NCBI GenBank assembly: GCA_964291265.2
Contig: OZ219747.1
Coordinates: forward strand, 224,001-288,000
Source: Alphaproteobacteria bacterium
GTDB taxonomy: Bacteria > Pseudomonadota > Alphaproteobacteria > SP197
Direction: 5' to 3'
DNA length: 64,000 bases
In this document: one piece after another, positions 1 through 11,534 of the stretch
Position numbering within the stretch: position 1 is the first letter of the stretch
Layout of the letters: each line of letters starts with the position of its first letter
Program-made: the position numbers and the translations under genes
The notes under the pieces: model-generated
Seen by the model: the letters and a program-made list of their open reading frames with translations, nothing else
Database searches by the model: none
Told to the model about the DNA's origin: nothing

Positions 1-165
1 CGACGTTGTCGACAGGGGCTGCCGCAGACGACCGACAGGCCTTCACCGGGAAGGGCGCCCGTTGTCGGGAACCCGGTGACATCGCTGCTTGCGCCGGACG
101 GGTGGGTTCTTGATTCCAGGAGCCGTGTCGGGCCACACTTCCGGGTGTTCAGCGACGAGGTTCCC

Positions 166-2106
<1,941 letters not shown>

Positions 2107-2132
2107 TCCGCTTCACCGGGAGAACCGGCGCC

Positions 2133-3149
2133 GTGCCGACGCTTGATGCGGATGTCCTGGGCGACTTCTGCAAGGACATTCTCGTTGCCGCCGGCATGCG
2201 GGAGGGCGACGCCGGCGCGGTATCCGCCCATCTCGTTGACGCCGAACTCAAGGATGTCGTCTCCCATGGCGTCAACAGGATTCCCTACTACCTCTCGTTT
2301 TTCGAAAGCCGCAGCGCCCTGCCGGTTGCCGACATCACCGTGACGCGGCCCGGGCCCTCGGTGGCACGTGTCGACGGCGGCAGCGGACTTGGCATTCTTG
2401 CCATGGACCGGGCGGCCGAAGAACTGATCGACATGAGACGTCACCAACCGGTGGTGACGGCCGGTATCGTCAATGTCGCCCACACCGGGCGCCTGGGAGC
2501 CTATGCCGAACGCCTGGCCCGGCATGGTCTGCTGGCGATGATCTGCGGTGGTGGCGGGCGGGAACGCTGGCGCATGGTGGCCGCCCATGGCGGTCGCGGC
2601 GGAGCGTTGTCGACCAATCCCTGGGCGCTTGCCATGCCGGCCGGTGAGGCCGGGCCGGTGTCGGCGGATTTTGCCACCTGCGTCGCGGCAAACGGCAAGA
2701 TCCGCCTGCGTCGGCGAACCGGTGAGGACGTGCCCGAGGGCTGGCTGATCGACCGGGACGGCCATCCGACCACGAATATCGATGATTATGACAACGGCGG
2801 AGCCCTGCTCCCGGCCGGCGGCCACAAGGGTTACGGCCTCGCTGTCATTGGCGAAATCGTCGGCAGCGCCATGCTCGGTCCGGCATGCGAATTCAACTGG
2901 TTGATTGTCGCCATTGCCACAGATGCCTTCGGATCAGCAGGACACTATGCCAGAACCGCGCAGGCCATCGTCGAAAGTCTGCGTACCTCGCCGCCCGCAC
3001 CCGGCGTCGACCGGGTGCGGGTTCCGGGAGATCCCGAAAGGGAGAGCGAATGCCGGAAACGGACATCCGGCATCGAGCTTCACACGGAAATCTGGCAAGG
3101 CCTCGTCGATGCCGCCGGCCAAACCGGGGTGCCGGTGCCGCCGGCCTGA
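2133..3149 (+). CDS. Ldh_2 family (malate/L-lactate/ureidoglycolate-type) oxidoreductase
   Basis: SHGVNRIPYY, HTGRLGAY, STNPWA, GGHKGYGLA, VRVPG motifs; GTG start after GGGAGA. Confidence 0.88.
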   Translation: MPTLDADVLGDFCKDILVAAGMREGDAGAVSAHLVDAELKDVVSHGVNRIPYYLSFFESRSALPVADITVTRPGPSVARVDGGSGLGILAMDRAAEELIDMRRHQPVVTAGIVNVAHTGRLGAYAERLARHGLLAMICGGGGRERWRMVAAHGGRGGALSTNPWALAMPAGEAGPVSADFATCVAANGKIRLRRRTGEDVPEGWLIDRDGHPTTNIDDYDNGGALLPAGGHKGYGLAVIGEIVGSAMLGPACEFNWLIVAIATDAFGSAGHYARTAQAIVESLRTSPPAPGVDRVRVPGDPERESECRKRTSGIELHTEIWQGLVDAAGQTGVPVPPA

Positions 3150-3169
3150 CTGCGGCGCCGGCCCCGTTC

Positions 3170-4048
3170 TCAGCTGGCGACGTAGCGATACCCGTCGCGA
3201 TGCACCCTGCCTTCGTTCAGAAGGTCCTTGACGGCCCGTGTCGCCTCGGCGCTGGAGAGCGACACGCCGGTTGCCTGCGCGACGCCGGCGCGAATGGCCG
3301 CCATCTTGCAGCCCTCCTTTCCGGCCTGGGCGATGACGCCGGCAACCTCGGCCATCGCCCGCGCGACCTCGGCGGAAACAGGTTTGCGGGGACGCCCGCG
3401 CCTGCCGCCTCCCGACCGTGCCACCGGTGCGGGCAACTCCGTTTCGCCGGTTTCTCCTGTCGCCGGATCTTCCTCGAACGGAATCGCCTTGCCCGCGGAC
3501 TGGACCGCAAGCTGTTCCTCACCGCCACCGTCCGACGGGAGGGCGCTTTCTGCCTGAACGGCCTCGGCAGCGGCCCCTGGCGCAGCGCTCCCGACAGCCA
3601 CGAAGCGATAACCCTCGCGACGAATGCTCATTTCCGAAAGAAGCGACTGAAGAGCTTCGTCAAGCGCCTTGCGCGTCGGCTCCTCGCCCCTGCGATTGGC
3701 CAGCAAGCCACTCAGAGCCGAACGCATGACGCCGTGTTGTCCTGAACCGGAAATCGCAGCCAGAACTGCCGCGGGTGCAACCTTTCCCGCGAAGGCCTTC
3801 CGGCCGCGTTTCCTGCCCGACCGGGCCTTGCTGCCTTTCCTGCCCGGACCTCTGCCCCTCCTGGCCGGCCGGCGTTCCGCAGCATCATCGCCGATCAGCG
3901 TCTGCAGGCCTTGTACGGCCTTTTGCATTTTCTCGATCGATTGCCGAACTGTCGCGGCTTCGGCCAGCAACGTCTGGTGCCGTTCTTCTTCGGATGCAAT
4001 TTCCCTGTTAATCATCGTCAGGACTTCTGTAATCTTGGCGTTGCTCAC
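3170..4048 (-). CDS. Hypothetical DNA-binding protein: N-terminal coiled coil plus two basic/AT-hook and winged-helix-like repeats
   Basis: GTG at 4048 with AAGGGAG RBS; internal duplication ending IRREGYRFVA / VHRDGYRYVA; GRRGRPRK motif. Confidence 0.7.
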   Translation of the reverse strand: MSNAKITEVLTMINREIASEEERHQTLLAEAATVRQSIEKMQKAVQGLQTLIGDDAAERRPARRGRGPGRKGSKARSGRKRGRKAFAGKVAPAAVLAAISGSGQHGVMRSALSGLLANRRGEEPTRKALDEALQSLLSEMSIRREGYRFVAVGSAAPGAAAEAVQAESALPSDGGGEEQLAVQSAGKAIPFEEDPATGETGETELPAPVARSGGGRRGRPRKPVSAEVARAMAEVAGVIAQAGKEGCKMAAIRAGVAQATGVSLSSAEATRAVKDLLNEGRVHRDGYRYVAS

Positions 4049-4273
4049 GTGGACTCCCTTTCCCGGCTCGCCTCGAGATTCCGGTGTGTATGAATGTTCA
4101 CTAAAGCGGGGGCGGATAGACGTCAATCCCCCTGTTCGGGAAAACAGGAATTTCAGGCGAATCCGTGGTTGACTGTATCGTTGACTGAAAGGCAATGTTG
4201 CGGAACTGATCAAGCGTGTGGTTCGGGGTCGCCTTCCCTGCCCCACCAGGCGGCCAATGGAGGCCGACCGCGC

Positions 4274-5345
4274 ATGGCGGACGATACCGGACACCGGCAG
4301 ATTGTCCATCGGCTGTTTCCCGGATCCCGAAAGAAAGTACGCAGGCTGGCTGCTCTCGCTCATCGCCTGCCGTTTCGTCCGGAACGCCCTGCTCGACCGA
4401 CAAGAGCAGCAGCGAGACTGGCGGGAGTGGAACGGCTAACCCGAGCGTTTCGTTCTTCACGGCTCGACAAGGCCTTCATCCGGCTCCGCCGGTTGACGCC
4501 GTGCTTGCAGGAGATGTCGCAGGCTCAGGCGGATGCGTGGCAGCGATGTTTCAGGGGGCTGAGGCGGCCGCCCGAAGTTCAGGCGGCGCGGGCATGATGA
4601 GCGTGTGCGCTCCCGGGCGCCATCCGCATCTTTCAAACGGCACGCTCCAGGTTCAGGAAGATCGGGTCGATGACGCTGCGCCGCAGGGGAGGGAACCCTT
4701 GTCCCGAGGGAGAGCCGGTCCGCGGATCGACGGCACGTGGCATGCGATCCGTCTGCTGCGGGGTAGCGGCTGTCGAGCGCCGACGACGACGGCGCCGTGA
4801 CCGGCATTGACATGAAAGCGGGCCACCGGCGGCGGCGGGATCCTTCATGCGCCGGTGACGGGCCGCCTCGAAGCGCGATGCAAGCGGGGGCGGCGCAGGA
4901 TGTCGCGCCAAGGCAGCGGACGGCGTGAGCGCACCCGCCGCCGCCATGCCCGGACGGTGCCGCAAGGATGGCCATTGAAGCGGCGCAACTGGCAGCACCG
5001 CGTTGTCTCGCGGAAGCTGGCTGGCTTGAACGGACGTCGTGGAAGATCCGAAGACCGCCGGCAGGACGCGGAGTGCAAGGGGCACGGTCGAGCATCCCGG
5101 GACGAACGTGAAGGCGAAGTTCGGGCTGAACCGCGGGATCATCGCCAGGGGCCGGTGTTGAGTTGCATAGCGATGCTCGCCTGCAAGGCTCCGCGCCTCG
5201 TCTGTGGTGAAGGCGGCGCATGTCAGCCAGACGTGTGCGGAGTGCAACAATGGCTTGAGGCCGCCTCTCTTGCCAACACAGGCGACATTCACATGCTCAG
5301 GCCATGCGGACCTGAATGCGGTCCGCAACGTCAGGCGTCGGGGAC
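4274..5345 (+). pseudogene. tnpB: Frameshifted IS200/IS605-family TnpB (RNA-guided RuvC nuclease)
   Basis: Ordered fragments across frames: HRQIVHRLFPG, ACRFVRN, QADAWQR, GRPKFRRRG, GIDM (RuvC-I), RRNWQHR, VVED (RuvC-II), ARGTVEHPGTNVKAKFGLNRGI, SQTCAEC (Zn ribbon), HADLNAVRNV (RuvC-III). Confidence 0.88.
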
Positions 5346-5356
5346 CGGCGCATCGG

Positions 5357-5446
5357 CACGCGGATGGAGCGTTGCCGCCAGGCGCTCCGATGATCCGTGG
5401 AATGGATCGCTTAACTGGCGGCATGAGCCATTCAGTCAACGATACA
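5357..5446 (+). ncRNA. Candidate TnpB omega/reRNA 3' scaffold plus guide (or IS right end)
   Basis: Hairpin CGGAT-GGAGCGTTG...CAGGCGCTCC-..ATCCG at about 5361-5397 and stem GAATGG(5400-5405)/CCATTC(5428-5433) directly after the RuvC-III coding region. Confidence 0.45.
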
Positions 5447-5497
5447 AGCCCCAAACCATGATAGGTTCTGCACCCCATCGCTTCTGGAGTTCGACAG

Positions 5498-6229
5498 ATG
5501 GCAGACAGTGACGCAGGCTGGAGTGAGGATGATTCACGCCACTTCATCGACTACGGCGCCTACTTTGTGCCCGAGCGGGAAATGCAGCTTGACGCGATTT
5601 GCAGGGTCATTCCCCGCCCGCAGGAAAACGCCCTCATTGTCGATATCTGCTGCGGTGAAGGCCTTCTCGCATCAGCCCTGGCGCGAAGATTCACCACATG
5701 CCATATCCTGGCGCTTGACGGCTCCTCGGCCATGCTCGAGGCAGCAGGCAGGCGCCTCGGCGAGACCGGAGCGTCCTGGACGACATCCCTCATGGACATT
5801 GCCGATTCAGGCTGGCGGCGATTCGACCGACCGGTCCACGCTTTCGTGTCGTCGCTTGCCGTCCACCACCTCGACGGACCGGGAAAGGCCGAACTGTTCG
5901 GGGATCTCGCGGCTGCCCTTGCGCCCGGAGGCGTGATCATCATCTGCGATCTCGTCGAGGCGCAACGCCGGGAAGGTCTCGCCTTGTGGGAGAGTCACTG
6001 GGACGACGGTGTCAGGGAAAGGGCCATCCGTCTCGACGGCAACGAGGACATGCTGCACTTCTTTCGCGAGGATGGCTGGAACTACTACAGCGATCCCGAA
6101 GCCGACCCGGTCGACATGCCATCCGGTCTGTTCGAACAGTTCAAGTGGCTGGAGGCGGCCGGTCTGGTGGATATCGATATCCACTGGCTTCTGGCAGGAC
6201 ACGCAGTCTTTTCGGCCCGCAAGCCTTGA
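5498..6229 (+). CDS. Class I SAM-dependent methyltransferase
   Basis: VDICCGEG motif I, LDGSSAML, SSLAVHHL, LAPGG. Confidence 0.88.
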   Translation: MADSDAGWSEDDSRHFIDYGAYFVPEREMQLDAICRVIPRPQENALIVDICCGEGLLASALARRFTTCHILALDGSSAMLEAAGRRLGETGASWTTSLMDIADSGWRRFDRPVHAFVSSLAVHHLDGPGKAELFGDLAAALAPGGVIIICDLVEAQRREGLALWESHWDDGVRERAIRLDGNEDMLHFFREDGWNYYSDPEADPVDMPSGLFEQFKWLEAAGLVDIDIHWLLAGHAVFSARKP

Positions 6230-6238
6230 GAGCTGACT

Positions 6239-8530
6239 TCAGGCGCATCTGGAGAACCCGCAGGACGTACAGAGCAGGCAGCCCTCCTGATGGATCAGAC
6301 CCGGAAGACCGCACCGCGGACAACTGGCGGAACCGCGGTCCGGTTCGCCGACGGAGCCGATGCCCTTGCCTGTGTCGCTGATGAAACCGATGCTGATCAT
6401 GTGGGTCTCGAGAACGTCGCCGATGGCGGCCAGCAGCGAGGGCACGTAGCGACCATTCATCCATGATCCGCCGCGCGGATCGAACACCGCCTTCAGTTCC
6501 TCGACCACGAAGCTCACATCACCGCCACGGCGGAACACCGCCGAGATCATCCGGGTGAGACCCAGGGTCCAGGCGTAGTGATCCATGTTCTTCGAGTTGA
6601 TGAAGACCTCGAAAGGCCGCCTGCGGCCATTCCTGACCACATCGTTCACGGTCAGGTAGATCGCATGGTCACTCTCCGGCCAGCGCAGCTTGTAGGTCCT
6701 CCCCGGGAGAACCTCGGGACGGTCGAGGGGCCGGGTCAGGTGAATGACGCCGGCAGTCTCGAATGTATCCCCCGGGGTTTCGGATCCTGGTTCGTCAAGG
6801 GGCAGAAGGGGCTCTGCATCCGCGGCCGCGGGCGCTTCGAGGACAGCGCCGGTGACATCGTTCGGCCGGTATGTCGTGCAGCCCTTGCATCCCAGCCCGT
6901 AGGCCTCGAGATAGACATCCTTGAAATCCTCGAAAGGCATGTCCACGGGCACGTTGATGGTCTTGGAAATCGAACTGTCGATGTACTCCTGGACGACCGC
7001 CTGCATGCGTACGTGGTCGGTCGGCCTGAGTGTCTGGGCATCCACGAAGTAGTCGGGCAGCGGAGTGTCCTCACCGCGCATCCGGCGCCACAGGCGGAGC
7101 GCGTGGTCGGTGACCTCCTCGCTTCTCCTGGTTCCGTCGGGCATCAGGACATGGCGCGTGTAGGAAAAGGCAAAGACCGGCTCGAGACCCGAGGAGATGT
7201 TGTCGGCGAAGAGCGAAATCGTGCCGGTCGGGGCAATCGATGTCAGCAGCGCATTGCGGATGCCGTTGGCGGCAATCGCGTCGCGCACGTCCCGGTCGAG
7301 TCCGGCGACGGTCTCGCCCGCCAGATAGGCTTCGGCATCGAAGAGCGGGAAGGGCCCCTTCTCCTCCGCCAGACGCACGGATGCAAGATAGGCCTGGCGA
7401 CGCAGGCATGCGAGCCAGGTGCGGGCCAGCGTGACCGCTTTTTCGCTGCCGTAATGCGCCTTCATCATGATGAGCGCGTCGGCAAGACCGGTGACGCCCA
7501 GACCGATGCGCCGCTTGGCGGCAGCCTCCCGGCGCTGCTCCTCAAGGGGAAACCGCGACACGTCGATGATGTTGTCCATCATCCTCACGGCAGCCGCCAC
7601 CGAGCGGGAAAACCCCTCGTCATCGAACCGTGCCTCGTCACCGAACGGATCGGTGATGAAACGCGTCAGGTTGATGGAACCCAGAAGGCAGGCGCCATAG
7701 GGCGGCAGGGGTTGTTCACCGCATGGATTGGTGGCGGAGATGGTCTCGCAGTAGTGGAGGTTGTTCCGCCGGTTGATGCGGTCGATGAAGATGACACCGG
7801 GTTCGGCGCAGGCATAGGTGCCGCGCATGATCCGGTCCCACAGGTCGCGGGCCGACACCGTTCCATGGACAACGCCGTCAAAGACGAGTTCCCAGGCATC
7901 GTCCTGCCGGACCGCGGTCATGAAGGCATCGGTCACGAGCACGGAGAGATTGAACATGCGCAGTCGTCCGGCTTCCTGCTTGGCGTCGATGAACGCCTCG
8001 ATGTCCGGGTGATCGCAGCGCATGGTCGCCATCATCGCCCCGCGACGGTGGCCGGCGCTCATGATGGTGCGACACATGGAATCCCAGACATCCATGAAGG
8101 TCAGCGGTCCGGAGGCGTCAGCGCCCACACCACGAACGACAGCGCCCTCGGGTCTCAGTGTCGAAAAGTCATAACCGATCCCGCCACCGGCCTGCATGGT
8201 GAGAGCCGCCTCCTTGAGGTGATCGAAGATCCCGCCCATGTCGTCGGGAATGGTCCCCATGACAAAGCAGTTGAAGAGCGTGACCTTCCTCCGGGTGCCT
8301 GCGCCGGCCAGAATCCTGCCGGCGGGCAGGAAACGGTAGCCGGACATGGCCTCGAAGAACTGTTCTGCTATCCGGTGTCGGCTGGCGGCGTCCTCTACCG
8401 ATGCGCAGGCTTCGGCCACCCGTCGCCAGGTCGCCTCGACATCGTTGTCCACCGGCGTGCCGTCGGGCCCCTTGAGACGGTACTTCATATCCCAGATCTG
8501 CAAGGCAATGGGGGATTGAGCGTCACTCAT
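6239..8530 (-). CDS. nrdJ: Adenosylcobalamin-dependent (class II) ribonucleotide reductase with C-terminal TSCPD/Zn-ribbon region
   Basis: NCFV, ATNPCGEQ, IAPTGTIS, ISKTIN, KGCTTYR; C-terminal CPRC..CTSCG. Confidence 0.95.
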   Translation of the reverse strand: MSDAQSPIALQIWDMKYRLKGPDGTPVDNDVEATWRRVAEACASVEDAASRHRIAEQFFEAMSGYRFLPAGRILAGAGTRRKVTLFNCFVMGTIPDDMGGIFDHLKEAALTMQAGGGIGYDFSTLRPEGAVVRGVGADASGPLTFMDVWDSMCRTIMSAGHRRGAMMATMRCDHPDIEAFIDAKQEAGRLRMFNLSVLVTDAFMTAVRQDDAWELVFDGVVHGTVSARDLWDRIMRGTYACAEPGVIFIDRINRRNNLHYCETISATNPCGEQPLPPYGACLLGSINLTRFITDPFGDEARFDDEGFSRSVAAAVRMMDNIIDVSRFPLEEQRREAAAKRRIGLGVTGLADALIMMKAHYGSEKAVTLARTWLACLRRQAYLASVRLAEEKGPFPLFDAEAYLAGETVAGLDRDVRDAIAANGIRNALLTSIAPTGTISLFADNISSGLEPVFAFSYTRHVLMPDGTRRSEEVTDHALRLWRRMRGEDTPLPDYFVDAQTLRPTDHVRMQAVVQEYIDSSISKTINVPVDMPFEDFKDVYLEAYGLGCKGCTTYRPNDVTGAVLEAPAAADAEPLLPLDEPGSETPGDTFETAGVIHLTRPLDRPEVLPGRTYKLRWPESDHAIYLTVNDVVRNGRRRPFEVFINSKNMDHYAWTLGLTRMISAVFRRGGDVSFVVEELKAVFDPRGGSWMNGRYVPSLLAAIGDVLETHMISIGFISDTGKGIGSVGEPDRGSASCPRCGLPGLIHQEGCLLCTSCGFSRCA

Positions 8531-8579
8531 CTGCCATCCCTTCCGTCTCGTGGCATCATGGCGTTCCTCGTGTGTACTC

Positions 8580-9308
8580 TCAACGGCCACCCCTGTTCCG
8601 GGCCTCGACGACGAGCTCTCTGGTTCCGGATTCAATCCTTGATTCAAGCTCTTCCATGAAACGCTCCCGCGGCAGGGCAGGTGGTACCGCCTCGAGGAAG
8701 GCCATGACGGCGCACCCCGGCGTCTTCCTGATATGCCGGCGTGGCCAGAAGACCCCGCTGTTGAGTGCCACCGGAATCACCGGCACGCCCAGTGCGGCAT
8801 AGAGTCCGGCCACGCCACGCTGGTAGGCGACCCTTTCACCGGGGGCCGTGCGTGTGCCCTCGGGGAAGATCACCATGCACCGGCCCTCGCTGGCCACCGT
8901 TGCCGCGTGGCTCAGGATGCGGCGCAGCGCGGAGAGGCCGGCGCTGCGATCAATGGCGAGGCAATCCATGGCCGAAATGAACCAGCCGACAACCGGAATT
9001 CGGACGATTTCCCGCTTGATGATGAAACAGGCATCCGGAAACAGCCTCACGAGGGCGTAGGTTTCCAGGGCGGACTGGTGCTTGACGGCGATCAGCGCCG
9101 GGCCGTCCGGCAGGTTGGTCCTGCCCCTCACCTCGATCCTGAGCCCGACCACAACGTCGAGGAGAAAGAGCTGCACACCGGCAAACCAGACAGGGACCCG
9201 GGCGGCCAGACGGCGAGCAAGGAGCAGTGTCGGCAGCGTCGTGACAGCCAGAAACACCATGACCCCCAGCGACAGAACGAGAAACGCGCATGACCGGATG
9301 AAGGTCAT
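8580..9308 (-). CDS. plsC: 1-acyl-sn-glycerol-3-phosphate acyltransferase
   Basis: KHQSALET and IFPEGTR acyltransferase motifs; ATGA overlap with the upstream gene. Confidence 0.88.
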   Translation of the reverse strand: MTFIRSCAFLVLSLGVMVFLAVTTLPTLLLARRLAARVPVWFAGVQLFLLDVVVGLRIEVRGRTNLPDGPALIAVKHQSALETYALVRLFPDACFIIKREIVRIPVVGWFISAMDCLAIDRSAGLSALRRILSHAATVASEGRCMVIFPEGTRTAPGERVAYQRGVAGLYAALGVPVIPVALNSGVFWPRRHIRKTPGCAVMAFLEAVPPALPRERFMEELESRIESGTRELVVEARNRGGR

Positions 9309-9880
9309 GCCGGGGGCCAGATCAGGCTGACGAGGTACTTGGAGTATTCGCTGGCAAGAAGAAGCAGGGTTCGCGGGTGGCGCCACCAGACATCCAGGTG
9401 CACCGCGCCTGACACTACCGGGTAGGGAATGACATCAATCGCCGGCATGAACCGGTGGAAAAGGACAAGACTGCGCGGCATGTGGTAGTTGGCGGTCACG
9501 AGGATCATGGAGGTACGTCCTCCCGCCGCCATCCAGTTCGCTGTCTCGCGCACGTTGCCCACGGTATGGCGGGCATCGTGTCCAAGATCGATGCAGCAAG
9601 CCAGGGTGGTTGATGCCTGACTGTTGACATCAAGGATCGCGGCGACATCGACGCCACTGTGAACACCGCTGACAAACAGACGCTCCGCCTTTCCGTTCTG
9701 CAGGAGATCGATCCCGGCGGGCAGCCGTTCCCTGCCTCCCGTGAGCACGACGATGGCGTCCGCCTTCCGGCCGACTGCCGACGGGGTTTCCGGGGCGACC
9801 TGCGTGACAAAGCGCATCAGTCCTCCAACCCAGACCGCCGCCAGAATCACCAGCAGGACGATGACAAGTCGCGCTTTCAT
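9305..9880 (-). CDS. YdcF/DUF218 family protein
   Basis: AIVVLTGG, LFVSG, VTANYHMPRS, EYSKY; N-terminal TM segment; position after ftsX. Confidence 0.88.
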   Translation of the reverse strand: MKARLVIVLLVILAAVWVGGLMRFVTQVAPETPSAVGRKADAIVVLTGGRERLPAGIDLLQNGKAERLFVSGVHSGVDVAAILDVNSQASTTLACCIDLGHDARHTVGNVRETANWMAAGGRTSMILVTANYHMPRSLVLFHRFMPAIDVIPYPVVSGAVHLDVWWRHPRTLLLLASEYSKYLVSLIWPPA

Positions 9881-9894
9881 CGTTCTCTTCCGTC

Positions 9895-10779
9895 TCACGG
9901 CATGCGGTCCAGTGAGGCAATCACCGTGACCCGCGCCGCGACCATCGCCACCAGCGCCGCGACCACGGGAAGCGCGCCGAGAAACAGCCACTCGCGAACC
10001 GCGAATGAGACCGCCGGCAACAGGGGTGCCTCGACTTCGCCGGACAACTCGCCTATCAGGAGGAGGATGAGGATGGCCAGTACGTTGCCGGGAATGCCTC
10101 CCATCAACGCCAGGACGAGGGACTGGTTCTGAAACTGGGCCGCGATGTAGCTGTCCTGGGCTCCGACCTGGTGCAGGATCTCGATGGTGTCCTGATGAAT
10201 GGACAGCGCCGTGCGCGTGACATGGATGATCGAAACGACAGAGATCAGCGCCATGATGACCAGCATCAGGGCGGTCGCCAGTTGCACGGTACTGACGGTG
10301 CTGCGCACCGCGAGGAGCCACTGTGGTTCGACATAGACGGTGACGGCGCCGACAGTCTCCTCGAGAATCTGCTCGATGATGTCACCTCTCAGGGATTCGG
10401 ACGACATGGCCTCGACATCGATCAGCACCGGCAACGGCAACAGGTCCGGGTCGGGTCTGCCACCCGTCCATGCCTCGATGGTCTCGAGAATCTCGTCATC
10501 CCCGACCAGGTGAACCCGGGTCACTCCCGGCAACTGCGCCAGCACGTCGATGGAGGTGGCCACGGTCTCTTCGCTGGCGGTCTCCCGGGACATCTCGATG
10601 GTGGCACCGTACTGCTGACCGGTGACCTGCAACCGGTCAGCGACTCCTTCCATGGTCAGCGAGGCACTGAGCACCAGGGTCGACAGGAACACCATGGCGC
10701 CGATGATGGTCGGAACAAAGCTGAACGAGGGATCCGAGGCAAGCGGGACCTCCTGCGCTCGCTGTCTCCACCTCACCAT
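9895..10779 (-). CDS. ftsX: Cell division permease FtsX
   Basis: Four-TM layout, IEILHQVGAQDSYIAAQF motif, follows ftsE. Confidence 0.85.
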   Translation of the reverse strand: MVRWRQRAQEVPLASDPSFSFVPTIIGAMVFLSTLVLSASLTMEGVADRLQVTGQQYGATIEMSRETASEETVATSIDVLAQLPGVTRVHLVGDDEILETIEAWTGGRPDPDLLPLPVLIDVEAMSSESLRGDIIEQILEETVGAVTVYVEPQWLLAVRSTVSTVQLATALMLVIMALISVVSIIHVTRTALSIHQDTIEILHQVGAQDSYIAAQFQNQSLVLALMGGIPGNVLAILILLLIGELSGEVEAPLLPAVSFAVREWLFLGALPVVAALVAMVAARVTVIASLDRMP

Positions 10780-11438
10780 GAGCGGCCCGCTTTCAGGAAC
10801 CCTTCCTTGAGGTGAAGGACCGGATGGGGAAACCGCTGCGGAAGCCTGGTGTTGTGGGTGGCGATCACCAGGGTCGTGCCATGGCGATTGAGTTCCATGA
10901 AGAGCATCATCAGACGATCCGCCATGGGCTCGTCGAGGTTGCCCGTCGGCTCGTCGGCGAGCAGCACGTCCGGCTGTCCGATGACCGCCCTCGCCACGGC
11001 CACCCGCTGTTTTTCGCCACCCGACATGAAAGGTGGCTTCACGTCGGCCATGGTGTCGAGACCCACCCACTCCAGCAACTGGTGGACGTGATCGCTCACC
11101 ATGCCCGGGTCCGTGCCCACCAGGCGCAGCGGCAGCGCGACATTGTCGAATGCCGAGAGATGATCGAGCAGGTTGTAGTCCTGGAAAACGACACCGATGC
11201 GCCGACGAAAGCCCGTGAGGGCGCTCCGTGTGGCCGTTGCCACATCCTGCCCGAACATGGTCAGAAGTCCACGGGTGGGCCGGCGGCCAAGATAGAGCAG
11301 GCTCAGCATCGAGGTCTTGCCGGCGCCTGTGGGTCCGACAAGGTAGTGGCCGGATCCCGATTCCAGGGTGAGATCGATGTCATGCAGGACTTCCGGTCCG
11401 CTGCCATAGCGCAGACCAACGTTTTCAAACTGAATCAC
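10773..11438 (-). CDS. ftsE: Cell division ATP-binding protein FtsE
   Basis: GPTGAGKT, IGVVFQDY, SGGEKQR, LADEPTGNLD. Confidence 0.92.
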   Translation of the reverse strand: MIQFENVGLRYGSGPEVLHDIDLTLESGSGHYLVGPTGAGKTSMLSLLYLGRRPTRGLLTMFGQDVATATRSALTGFRRRIGVVFQDYNLLDHLSAFDNVALPLRLVGTDPGMVSDHVHQLLEWVGLDTMADVKPPFMSGGEKQRVAVARAVIGQPDVLLADEPTGNLDEPMADRLMMLFMELNRHGTTLVIATHNTRLPQRFPHPVLHLKEGFLKAGRSW

Positions 11439-11534
11439 GCCACCGTTCCCTGCTTCATGACCGATGAGGAGGCAAGGTCCCCGGAACACTAGCACAGGCT
11501 CGGAGCCAACGGCATGCCTTGACCGTTCGGAGTG

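Noticed and set aside
4274-5345. Functional nuclease-dead TldR protein
   Set aside because: The ORF has multiple frameshifts and its catalytic residues are retained, not substituted.
6239-8530. Intein, intron or cobalamin riboswitch at nrdJ
   Set aside because: The ORF is continuous and of normal length, and only about 50 bp separate it from plsC.
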